Source of the DNA: Escherichia virus TH47
Length of the DNA: 64,000 bases
Direction: 5' to 3' (one strand)
Sequence record: MT446416.1
Shown: positions 1 through 10,125 of the stretch, in pieces
Layout: each line of letters opens with the position of its first letter
Position numbering within the stretch: position 1 is the first letter of the stretch
Translations under genes and position numbers: made by a program
The notes under the pieces: model-generated
What the model was told of the DNA's origin: nothing
The model's database searches: none
The model's input: the letters and a program-made list of their open reading frames with translations, nothing else

Positions 1-120
1 TAGTGTATATTTCAGTACTTTTTGTAATGTTTGGTTATCTTTGTTTTGTTCAAGGATAGCTTTTTTACCCAGAGTACTGCTAGTATTTTTAATGCTTTCA
101 AGAATTGCTAAAATGCTCAT
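1..120 (-). CDS. ATP-dependent DNA ligase, N-terminal 40 codons (gene continues beyond window start)
   Basis: Minus-strand translation from ATG at 118-120 gives MSILAILESIKNTSSTLGKKAILEQNKDNQTLQKVLKYTL, colinear with the remembered N-terminus of T4 gp30 ligase (MILKILNEIASIGSTKQKQAILEKNKDNELLKRV). Confidence 0.75.
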   Translation of the reverse strand, partial: MSILAILESIKNTSSTLGKKAILEQNKDNQTLQKVLKYTL

Positions 121-131
121 TGTATATTCCC

Positions 132-1334
132 TTATAGATAATACTTTCCAATGTAAAGTGTATTACTTAGTGATAGCTGGACGTGACAAGGTTTTTCTTG
201 GTAGTAACGAGTTGATGATGTTTTATTTTCTGTTGGTGGGAAGAAAGGAGAACGGTATCCATTCCATGTACCAAATGATACATGTTCGTTTAAATCCACA
301 TCCATTGTCATAATGCCATTAGCATCAATTTCAACTGGATACGCACTGTATCGTTCAAATACATCAGTGTATTGAAGAATATAATCACCATTACGACCAT
401 AATAACTTCTGGTTGTATTGTTCTTTACACCAAAGAAAACACGATATGCCTGTTCATCAACTTTACACATGAACGGTACGTTCTCGTTGAATCGTCCATT
501 ACTCATTATATCATCAGGATTGATTTCTTCGTACTTTACTTTCAAATCTTGTGCTTTAAACGACTTATCACTTATCAGTACTGGAATATTGCTTTCACAT
601 AATGGGTTACTGCGATTTCGTTGGATATTTTGCCAGAATGCATTAGCTTTAACAATTTCATCTTGAACTGTAGTTTTTACATTCAGTGCAGCACTTGGTT
701 CTAACGCATAAGTTTCAAGACGAGCATTAAGAGCATATGTCCCACGAGTAGTATTATATACTAAGTGATACTTGGAACTCTTATCAGAAAATGAAAACTC
801 TTTAGTTTTCTTGATACAAATAGCATTTACTTTACCACAATAATAGTAATCTTCCTTATTGTGTCTAAAACCATCACCCACTTTCAATTTAGAAACAACT
901 TCTTTTTGATGTTCTTTCTTATTCTCCTTCTCAACCAATTTAGCAAAGGTTTTAGTTTTACCGTTAATTAGTTCTAAACTATTATTAAAGAACATAGGTT
1001 CAACAAATACACCCTTAACAATATCATTGTTGATGATAAGGTCGTTCATGTTTTTAGCACTCACCAAGAACTCGAAACCTTCAGGGTGACGTATGGTGAA
1101 GTATGTTTCACGAGCATGAACAGTGAGCTTATGTACCACAGAAAACCCAATTGTAGGCACATTATCAATCCATAGTGACGGTAGATTGTTTTTCTTAGCC
1201 CAGTACTCGGCCTTTTCTTTTTTAGTCTCAAACGCTTTTGTGTGTGATTTTGTGGCATCTATAATATAACCAGTAACTTGGTTATGATTTACATATGAAC
1301 GAGCCACAAATAACTTCTCTGGAAAATCCATCAA
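132..1334 (-). CDS. hypothetical protein, 400 aa
   Basis: Long uninterrupted minus-strand ORF packed between ligase and downstream genes; no motif recognised. Confidence 0.6.
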   Translation of the reverse strand: MMDFPEKLFVARSYVNHNQVTGYIIDATKSHTKAFETKKEKAEYWAKKNNLPSLWIDNVPTIGFSVVHKLTVHARETYFTIRHPEGFEFLVSAKNMNDLIINNDIVKGVFVEPMFFNNSLELINGKTKTFAKLVEKENKKEHQKEVVSKLKVGDGFRHNKEDYYYCGKVNAICIKKTKEFSFSDKSSKYHLVYNTTRGTYALNARLETYALEPSAALNVKTTVQDEIVKANAFWQNIQRNRSNPLCESNIPVLISDKSFKAQDLKVKYEEINPDDIMSNGRFNENVPFMCKVDEQAYRVFFGVKNNTTRSYYGRNGDYILQYTDVFERYSAYPVEIDANGIMTMDVDLNEHVSFGTWNGYRSPFFPPTENKTSSTRYYQEKPCHVQLSLSNTLYIGKYYL

Positions 1335-1750
1335 ACAGTCCTCATTGTACTAATTGCTTTTAATGTGTTAAACAATGCACCATATTTTACTTGCATTAGT
1401 TGATCCCCAGCAGGAAGATTCATACGCATAACAGACATGTCTTCAACCATTTCAGATGTACACAGTACTGCTACACATGTAGTTGCATCATTTAATCCGG
1501 CTTCATTGAATTTAGCGAATGGCACTTTTCCCTGCTTACAAAGGTCATCATAATAAGAATTTAACTTATCATGACCGCCAGCATTTAGTACTACAATAGT
1601 TTCGTGGTCATAATACCATTCATCAATAATAGTACTGAAAGCAGTACCTTCATATTCTTTAATTAGTTTTACGCCAGCATGAAATGCTTGAATTCCTGCT
1701 TGTACACCTTGGCAGTACATGTTTGTTAAGCAATATAATTTCATTTCCAT
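1331..1750 (-). CDS. hypothetical protein, 139 aa
   Basis: ORF with stop/start overlap to neighbours. Confidence 0.55.
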   Translation of the reverse strand: MEMKLYCLTNMYCQGVQAGIQAFHAGVKLIKEYEGTAFSTIIDEWYYDHETIVVLNAGGHDKLNSYYDDLCKQGKVPFAKFNEAGLNDATTCVAVLCTSEMVEDMSVMRMNLPAGDQLMQVKYGALFNTLKAISTMRTV

Positions 1751-1968
1751 ACCTCTTGTTTTTCTACAAACCCTTTACCATCACAATGTGGACAAGCATA
1801 ATAACTGCGATAGTCTTCAGATGGTACTTGTTGTGTTCCATTACATGTAGGGCATACTTTACGTGCACCAGAAATAATACGTTCATGATGTTCAGCTTGT
1901 TTCGCTGAATCAAAAATACGACCATCTTCAGTTTGGTATTTTTCTACCATAACTTGAATTACTTTCAT
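1741..1968 (-). CDS. small zinc-ribbon protein
   Basis: Two Cys pairs CPTC ... CPHC spaced about 20 aa apart. Confidence 0.55.
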   Translation of the reverse strand: MKVIQVMVEKYQTEDGRIFDSAKQAEHHERIISGARKVCPTCNGTQQVPSEDYRSYYACPHCDGKGFVEKQEVWK

Positions 1969-1978
1969 TTCTATTTCC

Positions 1979-2557
1979 TTATAAAAATGTTAAATCTTCA
2001 GTACTTAATTGTGATAATTTGCCATCATATTCAACTTCAACATATATTGTTTGGTCTGAAATTATAACTACTCTTCTAATAACACCATAAACCACGACAT
2101 TTTTGTTGTAATGGAATTTAACCTCTGCACCAATAAGTTTTTTTGATAGGAAGTTACGTACCTGTTTGATCTGGTCGGCAAGTATAGAATTGATGGTTTT
2201 TTTCATAATATATAAATCATACAATGATTTTTTAATATCATCATGCATATTATTAACTTTTGGATCAGTTTCATCAAGTGCATTGTGAACATTCACTTGC
2301 ATTTGAACTTCAACTTTAAGTTCTTCTTGTTCTTCAGGAATAACTTTTTCAGGTTCTGGTGTAACCTGATCACGTTTATCATTAATCATGAAGTTGATAT
2401 TACGTTCACCAAGTACTAATAAAGTAACAATGGTGAGTACTGGGGTCAGTACTAGACTAAGTAGTACATAGCCGATAACACTACGGTTGTAATTGTAGGC
2501 AAGCATACCTGCAATGACTACACCTAGTACACTAATAACTGCTGCGATTGTTAACAT
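1979..2557 (-). CDS. membrane protein, two N-terminal TM helices
   Basis: N-terminal 50 aa strongly hydrophobic (MLTIAAVISVLGVVIAGMLAY ... VLLSLVLTPVLTIVTLLVLG). Confidence 0.55.
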   Translation of the reverse strand: MLTIAAVISVLGVVIAGMLAYNYNRSVIGYVLLSLVLTPVLTIVTLLVLGERNINFMINDKRDQVTPEPEKVIPEEQEELKVEVQMQVNVHNALDETDPKVNNMHDDIKKSLYDLYIMKKTINSILADQIKQVRNFLSKKLIGAEVKFHYNKNVVVYGVIRRVVIISDQTIYVEVEYDGKLSQLSTEDLTFL

Positions 2558-2870
2558 ATTCTACTCCTTTGTATATAAATTTACCAATATCTTCGATGTA
2601 TAAACAGATTCCACCGCGTTCGTTTAACACAAGCCAATCACCAAAACCGCAACGAATGTTTTGTATATTAAATTCTTCAATACCATCCGGTGAATACGCA
2701 ATGAATGGACATATTTCATCTGATATACCATTTACATAGTTATTACATATTAAATCAAATGTATGTGAACTATAAGAATTATCAGTACTGAAAATGTGCA
2801 TTAATGAATTAGATAGAATTACTATTGTTTTTTCCCACATTTTTAAAAAATCGTTATTCACAACAACCAC
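2532..2870 (-). CDS. hypothetical protein
   Basis: Minus-strand ORF in compact gene series. Confidence 0.5.
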   Translation of the reverse strand: MVVVNNDFLKMWEKTIVILSNSLMHIFSTDNSYSSHTFDLICNNYVNGISDEICPFIAYSPDGIEEFNIQNIRCGFGDWLVLNERGGICLYIEDIGKFIYKGVEYVNNRSSY

Positions 2871-2918
2871 TCCATGTCAGTGTCGTAATGAAATTATATC
2901 ACCGAATCAAGATATGTC

Positions 2919-3224
2919 TCATGAGATTCGCATTTCATCCAGATATAAACTACATGCTTCGAAATTGTTGTCAGCACTTAAACCTAAATCAACCATCAGA
3001 CCACAATGCGTTCCACAGAATTTCTTTATGTATAGTTTCTTATTGTTTGTACCTAAGTCATAAACATATTCATTTTCGAAAATAGTTTTTAAATCATTAC
3101 AAATACTTTTTACTATCTTCATTACATCATTATGATACTCATATGGTATTCCATCTAGTTCATTAATGATAATAGCAAAACCATTGTCATAGAGCTTTAA
3201 TTTATTGAATGTATATGTATCCAT
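2919..3224 (-). CDS. hypothetical protein
   Basis: Minus-strand ORF. Confidence 0.5.
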   Translation of the reverse strand: MDTYTFNKLKLYDNGFAIIINELDGIPYEYHNDVMKIVKSICNDLKTIFENEYVYDLGTNNKKLYIKKFCGTHCGLMVDLGLSADNNFEACSLYLDEMRIS

Positions 3225-3530
3225 TTAATATATAATCTCACTAGCTTCTGTTGTGTAAATGCCATTATCAGTCATTACCCTTACTGCAATCTTTATGTTT
3301 TTACCCATTTTGGCAACTATCAAACCAATGATAATACCATCCATCTCAAACTTATTATTTCCAGCAGGATATCTAACTTTAATTTTAATTTTATTATCAA
3401 TCAAGTATCTACGGATGATGTGGATTTCTGTTCTGAATAAATCCAAAAGAACTTCGCTCTGTTCCTTATCAGAACCATCAGCACAGCTATACAATAAATT
3501 TACTTGTTCAAATAATTTTTTTATATTCAT
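3225..3530 (-). CDS. hypothetical protein
   Basis: Minus-strand ORF abutting neighbour. Confidence 0.5.
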   Translation of the reverse strand: MNIKKLFEQVNLLYSCADGSDKEQSEVLLDLFRTEIHIIRRYLIDNKIKIKVRYPAGNNKFEMDGIIIGLIVAKMGKNIKIAVRVMTDNGIYTTEASEIIY

Positions 3531-3886
3531 AAAAAACTCACAGATTTAATATTACTAGTTGTATGTTTAAACACAGTATTATCAAACTTGTAAACAATAG
3601 TATTAAGAGATTTATAAAAATTAACATCAGTTATTACTGCTTTGGAACCATTGATTAAACACGATGATGACGGTAATTTATTTTCTAATATATTCTTTTC
3701 ATCTGAACAAAGTGTTCCAATACAATCATAATATAAAGGTTCACCAACTTTATCAGTACTAAGAAAATCGAAAGCAAGATCATCTATTAGTTTTATGTAT
3801 TTGAATAAATCTTGATAGTACTCATTCATGGTCGATCCTCTTGAATTTAGCATTATTCGAATAAGTATATGAATGTCCAAAATCAT
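3527..3886 (-). CDS. hypothetical protein
   Basis: Minus-strand ORF, 4-nt overlap with neighbour. Confidence 0.5.
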   Translation of the reverse strand: MILDIHILIRIMLNSRGSTMNEYYQDLFKYIKLIDDLAFDFLSTDKVGEPLYYDCIGTLCSDEKNILENKLPSSSCLINGSKAVITDVNFYKSLNTIVYKFDNTVFKHTTSNIKSVSFL

Positions 3887-4082
3887 TTACACCATGCACA
3901 TTCAATACACCGTCGATGAAATAGATTCGGTCGATTGTTAGTTCACGTTTATAATCTGAATTATCATACCAACACAGAACACGAATACCTTTGTACTTTG
4001 TAGTTAGCTCTTTTTCTAAATCAGTAATTAGACTATTGATAAGATTACCTATCTGTGTTATATCTGTGTGAAATTTATCCAT
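3822..4082 (-). CDS. hypothetical protein
   Basis: Minus-strand ORF; start may be internal. Confidence 0.45.
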   Translation of the reverse strand: MDKFHTDITQIGNLINSLITDLEKELTTKYKGIRVLCWYDNSDYKRELTIDRIYFIDGVLNVHGVNDFGHSYTYSNNAKFKRIDHE

Positions 4083-4326
4083 TACAATAATCCTCTCACA
4101 TAAAACATTGATGAAAATAGATAATCATCAGTACTGGAATTTAGTAGTTTATCAAAATTATAATTTTTATGTTTATTTTCATACAAAGACATTCTATAGA
4201 ATCTTTCTATATTTTCTAAGTAGTCTTTTCGCAATAACATCTGTGTTGTTACATTCACTATAATGTACCTTAAAAGAAAAAGGGACCAAATTATGATCCC
4301 TCAAAAATTATAATCCATAAAAATAT

Positions 4327-5067
4327 TCATTCTCTCCACTTTTGACCACGTTGCCAATCTGGATCATTCAAACGTGGGTCATTTTCATTTTGTGTATTAG
4401 TAACTTTACCACTTTTATGAACTAACCAAATTCGTTTTGACGCGACCGAAGAATATTTTTGTTTTTGAACATCAGTTCTCTTTTTACCAGTGTTTGATTT
4501 CTTTATATTGTTGGACCATGATGTTTTTTCTTCATCTGTCATTTTATATGTACAGGGTTTACCATGCATAGGATTTTTATCTCCAGGGAAACAACCTTTC
4601 ATCCTCTGACTCATTTGAATACGTGTTTCTTCTGATACAGATTTACCTTTATTCCAAGCCACAACACCTGAAGAATATCGCTTCTTTTGTGCCGTTGATA
4701 TTTGTTTTTTCCAATTTTCTTTATCAATTACGCCGTAGCCACCTTCTCCACCACGTTTGATGTTATATGTGTCGCTTCTTTGTATAAATTGTTCATTAAC
4801 AATTTCTCTTTCTTTGTTATACATTTCTTCTTTATTATCAAAAATATAAAGTATTTCTTTATTGAATTTTTCAATTCCATATTTCTTAATGGATTTCTTT
4901 ATCAGAACACCTGAACCCATATATTCATCATTTATGTCATCAGTCATATGAGCACCAATATAAATTTTATTATTAATTAAATTGGTTATTTTATATATAA
5001 TATAATAGTGCATATAGAAAGTCCTTTTTGTCATATATGCACTATTTATTTTATCAAAAACGTCCAA
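4327..5067 (-). mobile_element. GIY-YIG homing endonuclease (Seg/I-TevI-like) gene
   Basis: N-terminal GIY-YIG signature YIIYKITNLINNKIYIGAH, basic Lys/Arg-rich C-terminal DNA-binding region; inserted immediately downstream of pseT; true start probably an internal Met. Confidence 0.8.
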
Positions 5068-5986
5068 AATCTACTTGAAATACCTTCAAACCAAGTAGCT
5101 TACGCCACATGAACGTCACGGCTTCGCGGTCATCATATACCTTTTTAACATCGTATTGATTAACCACATTTTTCATGTACAGGTCGAATTTAACAACATC
5201 ATCAGGACGTTTATCATCGATGCCTCGCATAAACAATGCATCGTAAGGAACACCCCAATTCTTAAGCCACTGTTCGGTGTCAGTACGACACCCTTCAGTA
5301 CGCCCACTCATGACGATAATCTTGCGTTTATGAAAAACTGCTTCTGCGATAATAGACAAAATAACTTCTTCGTCTGGTGTATCCTGGAGTACAGTACTTT
5401 CATCGAACGGGTTACGGCCCCATTTATGAGCAAGAGTTCCATCGATATCAACGATGATAGCAGCTTCGCGTGAATTACCATAGTAACCAATGTGTAATGC
5501 CTTACTATAATAGTACGTATCTGCCATTGTGTCAATGATATTATCTTGTACTGAACGCTCACGCTGGAGGTTATATTTCTTACAAAGTTTTACGAACTCT
5601 TTAATCTTAAAGAATTCATGAACATCTGCACCACGGTCTTCATTAGGTACAAAATCATCATAGAAGTTCTTTTCTTTGTAATCATAACCATTATCTTTAG
5701 CCCACATTTTCCATTGATCACGGAAATGTGGTTTAAGGTTCGTATCGGATACGATGATATTCCAACTATTCTCCGCTGCTGAATTTGCTGCACTGAACTG
5801 TAAATTAGTTACGTACTTCTCATTAGCATCATTGAATTTGTAAGCATCATGTGACCCAGCCATAGATTCACGAATATCATCACGGTTGATGTTGATAGTC
5901 TTGGATTTGGCTTTTTTAATCTCTTGCACTGCCCATGTAGTTTTACCACACCCAGGCAATCCAACTGTTAGTGTGATAGTTGGCAT
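5054..5986 (-). CDS. pseT: polynucleotide 5'-kinase/3'-phosphatase
   Basis: N-terminal P-loop GLPGCGKTT, C-terminal DxDGT phosphatase motif IVDIDGTLA, length 310 aa, colinear with remembered T4 Pnk. Confidence 0.9.
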   Translation of the reverse strand: MPTITLTVGLPGCGKTTWAVQEIKKAKSKTININRDDIRESMAGSHDAYKFNDANEKYVTNLQFSAANSAAENSWNIIVSDTNLKPHFRDQWKMWAKDNGYDYKEKNFYDDFVPNEDRGADVHEFFKIKEFVKLCKKYNLQRERSVQDNIIDTMADTYYYSKALHIGYYGNSREAAIIVDIDGTLAHKWGRNPFDESTVLQDTPDEEVILSIIAEAVFHKRKIIVMSGRTEGCRTDTEQWLKNWGVPYDALFMRGIDDKRPDDVVKFDLYMKNVVNQYDVKKVYDDREAVTFMWRKLLGLKVFQVDFGRF

Positions 5987-5989
5987 CCT

Positions 5990-6319
5990 TTAATCCTCTA
6001 AAAATTTAACATGCTCTATATTATGATAGGTGAGCCATTCCTGTGGCGTTCCCTTGCGTATTAAAACACCAACATACGCAATACCATTAATTAGACCATT
6101 ACTATCAGTATTCACATCAACTTTCACAATCTCGGAATCGTACCAGTGTTTGAATGTGTAATCCCAACATCTGACTTTCTTTCCAATAAGATTGCTCTTG
6201 TATTTGTCAATCATTTCATCGACGATAGTTTGTACTGAATTTTTAATTTCAGCTTCTACTGACTTTATATATAGTAAATTACTTTGTGCATTGTTTATCA
6301 TTATATTTTCCAATCCCAA
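5990..6319 (-). CDS. hypothetical protein
   Basis: Minus-strand ORF. Confidence 0.55.
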   Translation of the reverse strand: MGLENIMINNAQSNLLYIKSVEAEIKNSVQTIVDEMIDKYKSNLIGKKVRCWDYTFKHWYDSEIVKVDVNTDSNGLINGIAYVGVLIRKGTPQEWLTYHNIEHVKFLED

Positions 6320-6515
6320 ATCGCTTGGAGATTTTCACAAGTACAGATTCATCACAACGAATACTAGCAGTATCATTGGTTGAACTGTACTTTAATGGGG
6401 TCCACTGTAATTGAGATTCTTCTAGGAACTTGATACATCTGAAATAATCTTTTAAGGAAAGAAATTTAACTACTGACATATCCTGAACAATACTATGCTG
6501 AACTTCAACTTTCAT
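6279..6515 (-). CDS. hypothetical protein
   Basis: Minus-strand ORF; 40-nt overlap suggests internal start. Confidence 0.45.
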   Translation of the reverse strand: MKVEVQHSIVQDMSVVKFLSLKDYFRCIKFLEESQLQWTPLKYSSTNDTASIRCDESVLVKISKRFGIGKYNDKQCTK

Positions 6516-6524
6516 ATGAACTCC

Positions 6525-6782
6525 TTATAGTGGGTCGAATTTATTTTCACGTTTCGATGTATAGCGAGTTACATCATGTATTCTCGGCTTAACATCTTTT
6601 GGTTTCCTTTTCTTCTTGTATTCAGTACTACTACACCCGAAAGTATTCTCGATTCGTTTCTTACTAATCTTCACACCTTTCTTAGAGCGTTTGTGCTGTA
6701 ATTCATCGATTTCTTCTTGTATTTTCCTGAATTCTGTCGGAGAAAGGGAACCGTCATTTTTATACTTAGGTTTAGCCATCAC
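6525..6782 (-). CDS. small basic protein (Lys/Arg-rich)
   Basis: Composition KKGVKISKKR ... KKKRKPKDVKPR. Confidence 0.5.
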   Translation of the reverse strand: MMAKPKYKNDGSLSPTEFRKIQEEIDELQHKRSKKGVKISKKRIENTFGCSSTEYKKKRKPKDVKPRIHDVTRYTSKRENKFDPL

Positions 6783-6808
6783 TTCTCCTTGTGCTAGGCT
6801 AGATAGTA

Positions 6809-7951
6809 CTAAAAATCCTTTAGTACAATTTTCATGTACTTAATAAGAGTCTCTTTGTAATCGACTTTCTTATTGTTGTACATTGCAAAGGCCAAGCCCT
6901 GACGATTCAGTTCATTAGTTAAACACTCCTGAACCTTCTTAGCGAATTCCTTTCGCTCCAAGTGCTTGTGTTCCTTGACGAAGCTTTCAACTTCATCTTG
7001 TAAAGCATTATAGCACGAAAAGACTAGTTGTTCCATTCTTAATATCTTTTGAGTAGCATATTCGTCAGTACTGAACAACTGTTTTAAATCATCACTCGAA
7101 CCATTTAATACAGCTTCATATAAATGGGAATCGAATATAATACTGTCTTTCGTTAAATGCAAAGAACAATACCAGTCGGTTTTGATTTTGCACATTGTAC
7201 CATTATTTAGGATGCACACAAAACCTTCAATGTCAAGCATTTTCTTAACTTCTTCAACACTTTCTTTGAATGTAGTACGAACAGGGAAAGTGTAATGAAT
7301 ATCTTTACCTGTCATATTAGTACTGTACTGTGCAAGGCATGGAAACTTATTACGTAATGCAGAACCACATAATAGTTCACCACTCTTGCGATGGCGAACG
7401 TTTAGTACAAATAATTGTTCAACCTGGTATGGTAATACAATTCGGTACTCTGGACTTGTATACTCCAGATTAACAGTATAGCCCAAACGGTCTGCTTCGT
7501 CAATGTATTGATACAAATTTTGGTTCTCGGTGAGAAGACGAGTGCTGTTAATCGCATGGTCTGAATACAATGCAGTATGTGATTTACAACGAATCTCACC
7601 ATCATTATCACGGTAAGTACTGATCACTGAACCATCCAACTTAGGCATCACTACCGCAATGTCATCGCAGGTGGTATCAGCAGGGAACATTGTAGCAGGA
7701 TTCTCGTAAGCATTGAAGAACTTTTTCATAGTACGAGCAGCACAACGAATCATATTACCTTCTTCATCAATTTCCCACATAGATCCACGGGTTTCTAATG
7801 CATTGGGTTGCATGAAATCAGTATATGATGCTAGACGATAACTGAATACACGATACGTTCCACCAGCAGGACTTTTATGATCCACATAAAAGAAAGCCTC
7901 ACGGGTATTACATAAGTGCATTAAATCTTCATATATTTGTAAAAGGGTCAT
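6809..7951 (-). CDS. rnlA: RNA ligase 1
   Basis: 380 aa; FFYVDHKSPAGGTYRVFSY matches T4 Rnl1 N-terminus, adenylation lysine motif KLDGS (KxDG), KIKTDWY matches T4 KIKSDWY. Confidence 0.9.
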   Translation of the reverse strand: MTLLQIYEDLMHLCNTREAFFYVDHKSPAGGTYRVFSYRLASYTDFMQPNALETRGSMWEIDEEGNMIRCAARTMKKFFNAYENPATMFPADTTCDDIAVVMPKLDGSVISTYRDNDGEIRCKSHTALYSDHAINSTRLLTENQNLYQYIDEADRLGYTVNLEYTSPEYRIVLPYQVEQLFVLNVRHRKSGELLCGSALRNKFPCLAQYSTNMTGKDIHYTFPVRTTFKESVEEVKKMLDIEGFVCILNNGTMCKIKTDWYCSLHLTKDSIIFDSHLYEAVLNGSSDDLKQLFSTDEYATQKILRMEQLVFSCYNALQDEVESFVKEHKHLERKEFAKKVQECLTNELNRQGLAFAMYNNKKVDYKETLIKYMKIVLKDF

Positions 7952-8256
7952 TTTATTACCTCTATATCTACATCTGTGCCATAGTAGGAAACGTAACCAT
8001 TATCTGACTTACATTGAATTGATAACTCTGATTCATAGTATGTTACTTTGATCACTGTTAGTACTTTTTCTTCAATTTCTCCCGTTAAATAATCCATTTC
8101 ACGAACACGAACGTTGGTTCCTTTTGGGAGTTCTTGTGCAATTTTATTAACAAGTTCAAAAGCAGCTTCTTCAAGTGTGTGCAACAATTGCAATCTATCT
8201 TGGATATTCATATTATTTCCACCAAGTTGTATCTCGACCACCAGACAAAGATTCAT
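7948..8256 (-). CDS. hypothetical protein
   Basis: Minus-strand ORF; likely starts at internal MNIQDRL. Confidence 0.5.
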   Translation of the reverse strand: MNLCLVVEIQLGGNNMNIQDRLQLLHTLEEAAFELVNKIAQELPKGTNVRVREMDYLTGEIEEKVLTVIKVTYYESELSIQCKSDNGYVSYYGTDVDIEVIK

Positions 8257-8902
8257 TGTACTGATGCCTGAAATTAGTATTTGGATTATTTGTCATTGTA
8301 CTAATAAAATCAAATTTAACATTCTCTTGAATGTAATTAATAACATTATCTTTAAATTTAATAGTACTGAAGTCTAAATCTAAATGTTCATACAATACCG
8401 GATGACAAAACTCATGTGTACGCAATGATGGCATGGTATCCTTAATGTATTGCACAGTGTTAATCATTGCATTATATTCAGGCATAGCACGCATCATCAT
8501 TAGCTGAAAGTGTTCTTCCTCTGACATTGATTCATCCAAATCAATAACGACTTCATCATTTTTAGAGTCAAATACTTTAATGTCACTCTTTGTTGGATCA
8601 AGCATAGCCCACTCTGGATACAGGCATGTTTTCCAAAAAGGATTATTGCACTGAAACATACTAATGAGATTTTGATCTTTATCAAAAATAGCAAATCCAA
8701 GATCCGAACTTGGCTGTACTTCACATACACAAATATCGTAAGGAGATTCTTCAGTACTGAATGATCCAACTACATTTGATATATGTGAATATGGAGTTTC
8801 TCTTGATTTTAATTCAAAGGCTCTCTCCATACGATTAACCTGTGGTTGTAATGTAATTACACCCCTCAGTACATATAAAATTCTATCTAAATCTTTAATC
8901 AA
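8213..8902 (-). CDS. hypothetical protein carrying family-A-like motif
   Basis: Contains SEEEHFQLMMM, resembling the family-A EExFFQxS motif. Confidence 0.55.
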   Translation of the reverse strand: MIKDLDRILYVLRGVITLQPQVNRMERAFELKSRETPYSHISNVVGSFSTEESPYDICVCEVQPSSDLGFAIFDKDQNLISMFQCNNPFWKTCLYPEWAMLDPTKSDIKVFDSKNDEVVIDLDESMSEEEHFQLMMMRAMPEYNAMINTVQYIKDTMPSLRTHEFCHPVLYEHLDLDFSTIKFKDNVINYIQENVKFDFISTMTNNPNTNFRHQYNESLSGGRDTTWWK

Positions 8903-9477
8903 AATTCTATCCCCGTATCGGTTAATTTCGTTCCGTCCATATACTTAACAATTATTTCAATGCGTCGATCAGTACTCATTTTTTGAAGATCATTGTAGTA
9001 CAATTTAAATTCTTCAAAGAACTCAAGTGGTGGAATATCGTATAAAGTACTAATCTGGAAGTGCTCATGTAATCCAAAATCCAATATATCAATCTTAGGT
9101 ATAAGTCCATCGGCTGCTGCACCTTCTGGTGTACTGCTGTCTGCTACATAAAACATAGAATTACCATGACGCTGGATAACGAATACGCAATCATCTTCAC
9201 TTATATAAATCATATTTCCAAGGCATGGATCGTTATCACACCAATTGTCATGGACGAATTGATCAACTTGAAGTAAATCGTGTATAATTCCTCGACCACT
9301 ATCATCGATTCTAATATGTAAACCAGAATCACTTTTGCTCAACCAGCGGTATTTTGAATCACATCCTGATTCCATAACTGGATATTTTGAAAAATTCATA
9401 TCAGTACCATTATAAAACCAATCGTGCCACTCATTACGCATACTAATCAGCTTAGTACTTAATTCTAATACATTCAT
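8899..9477 (-). CDS. hypothetical protein carrying family-A-like motif
   Basis: Contains HEHFQISTLYD. Confidence 0.55.
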   Translation of the reverse strand: MNVLELSTKLISMRNEWHDWFYNGTDMNFSKYPVMESGCDSKYRWLSKSDSGLHIRIDDSGRGIIHDLLQVDQFVHDNWCDNDPCLGNMIYISEDDCVFVIQRHGNSMFYVADSSTPEGAAADGLIPKIDILDFGLHEHFQISTLYDIPPLEFFEEFKLYYNDLQKMSTDRRIEIIVKYMDGTKLTDTGIEF

Positions 9478-9484
9478 TTTAGTT

Positions 9485-9787
9485 TTATCCTCTTAGTTTA
9501 ATAGTACTGGCTGGATAATCTACCATAGTACTATCTGGTAATCCTATACAGTAATAAGGAAAATATCCCATCTTTATATTAATACCAATTAACATTCCAG
9601 TTTTATATGAAGTATTAATTTCATAGTGGTCGTCTATATCAACTGCCAGTCCATATAAGGATATATTACAATCCTTGATGTATCGTTCAAAGATTTTATA
9701 CATTGATGGGTATAAAGTTCCATTGGATTCTTTTACTACATCAGCCAACAACTTTATAGTACTGTTAATTAAATCTATACTGAGCAT
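9485..9787 (-). CDS. hypothetical protein
   Basis: Minus-strand ORF. Confidence 0.5.
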   Translation of the reverse strand: MLSIDLINSTIKLLADVVKESNGTLYPSMYKIFERYIKDCNISLYGLAVDIDDHYEINTSYKTGMLIGINIKMGYFPYYCIGLPDSTMVDYPASTIKLRG

Positions 9788-9799
9788 CTTTGTACCTGC

Positions 9800-9824
9800 G
9801 AAAAAAGACCAGCAAACGCTGGCC
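9800..9824 (-). terminator. putative intrinsic terminator (bidirectional hairpin)
   Basis: CCAGC-aaac-GCTGG stem-loop flanked by A6 upstream and T-rich run downstream; just after stop of 9832..10116. Confidence 0.45.
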
Positions 9825-9831
9825 TATATTT

Positions 9832-10116
9832 TTATTTTAACTCACTACAAGTGTATATACCGACAGTATCATCAGAAAATGTAATATAGAAATACACACC
9901 ACGGGTATCAAATGAAATTTCATCAATTGTACCTGTTTTATTCATAGTCTTATGTGTAACTTCTTTATTCACATAAAGGTATAAACTATTAAATTCCTTT
10001 GAATATTCATCAATCATATTGCTAAAATAATTGCAGTATGACATATCAGTATTATAAATTTCATTATACAAAGAAATATACTGGTAGAATGTCCAAGCAT
10101 GTGAGTTAAAATCCAT
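9832..10116 (-). CDS. hypothetical protein
   Basis: Minus-strand ORF. Confidence 0.5.
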   Translation of the reverse strand: MDFNSHAWTFYQYISLYNEIYNTDMSYCNYFSNMIDEYSKEFNSLYLYVNKEVTHKTMNKTGTIDEISFDTRGVYFYITFSDDTVGIYTCSELK

Positions 10117-10125
10117 AACAGTTCC

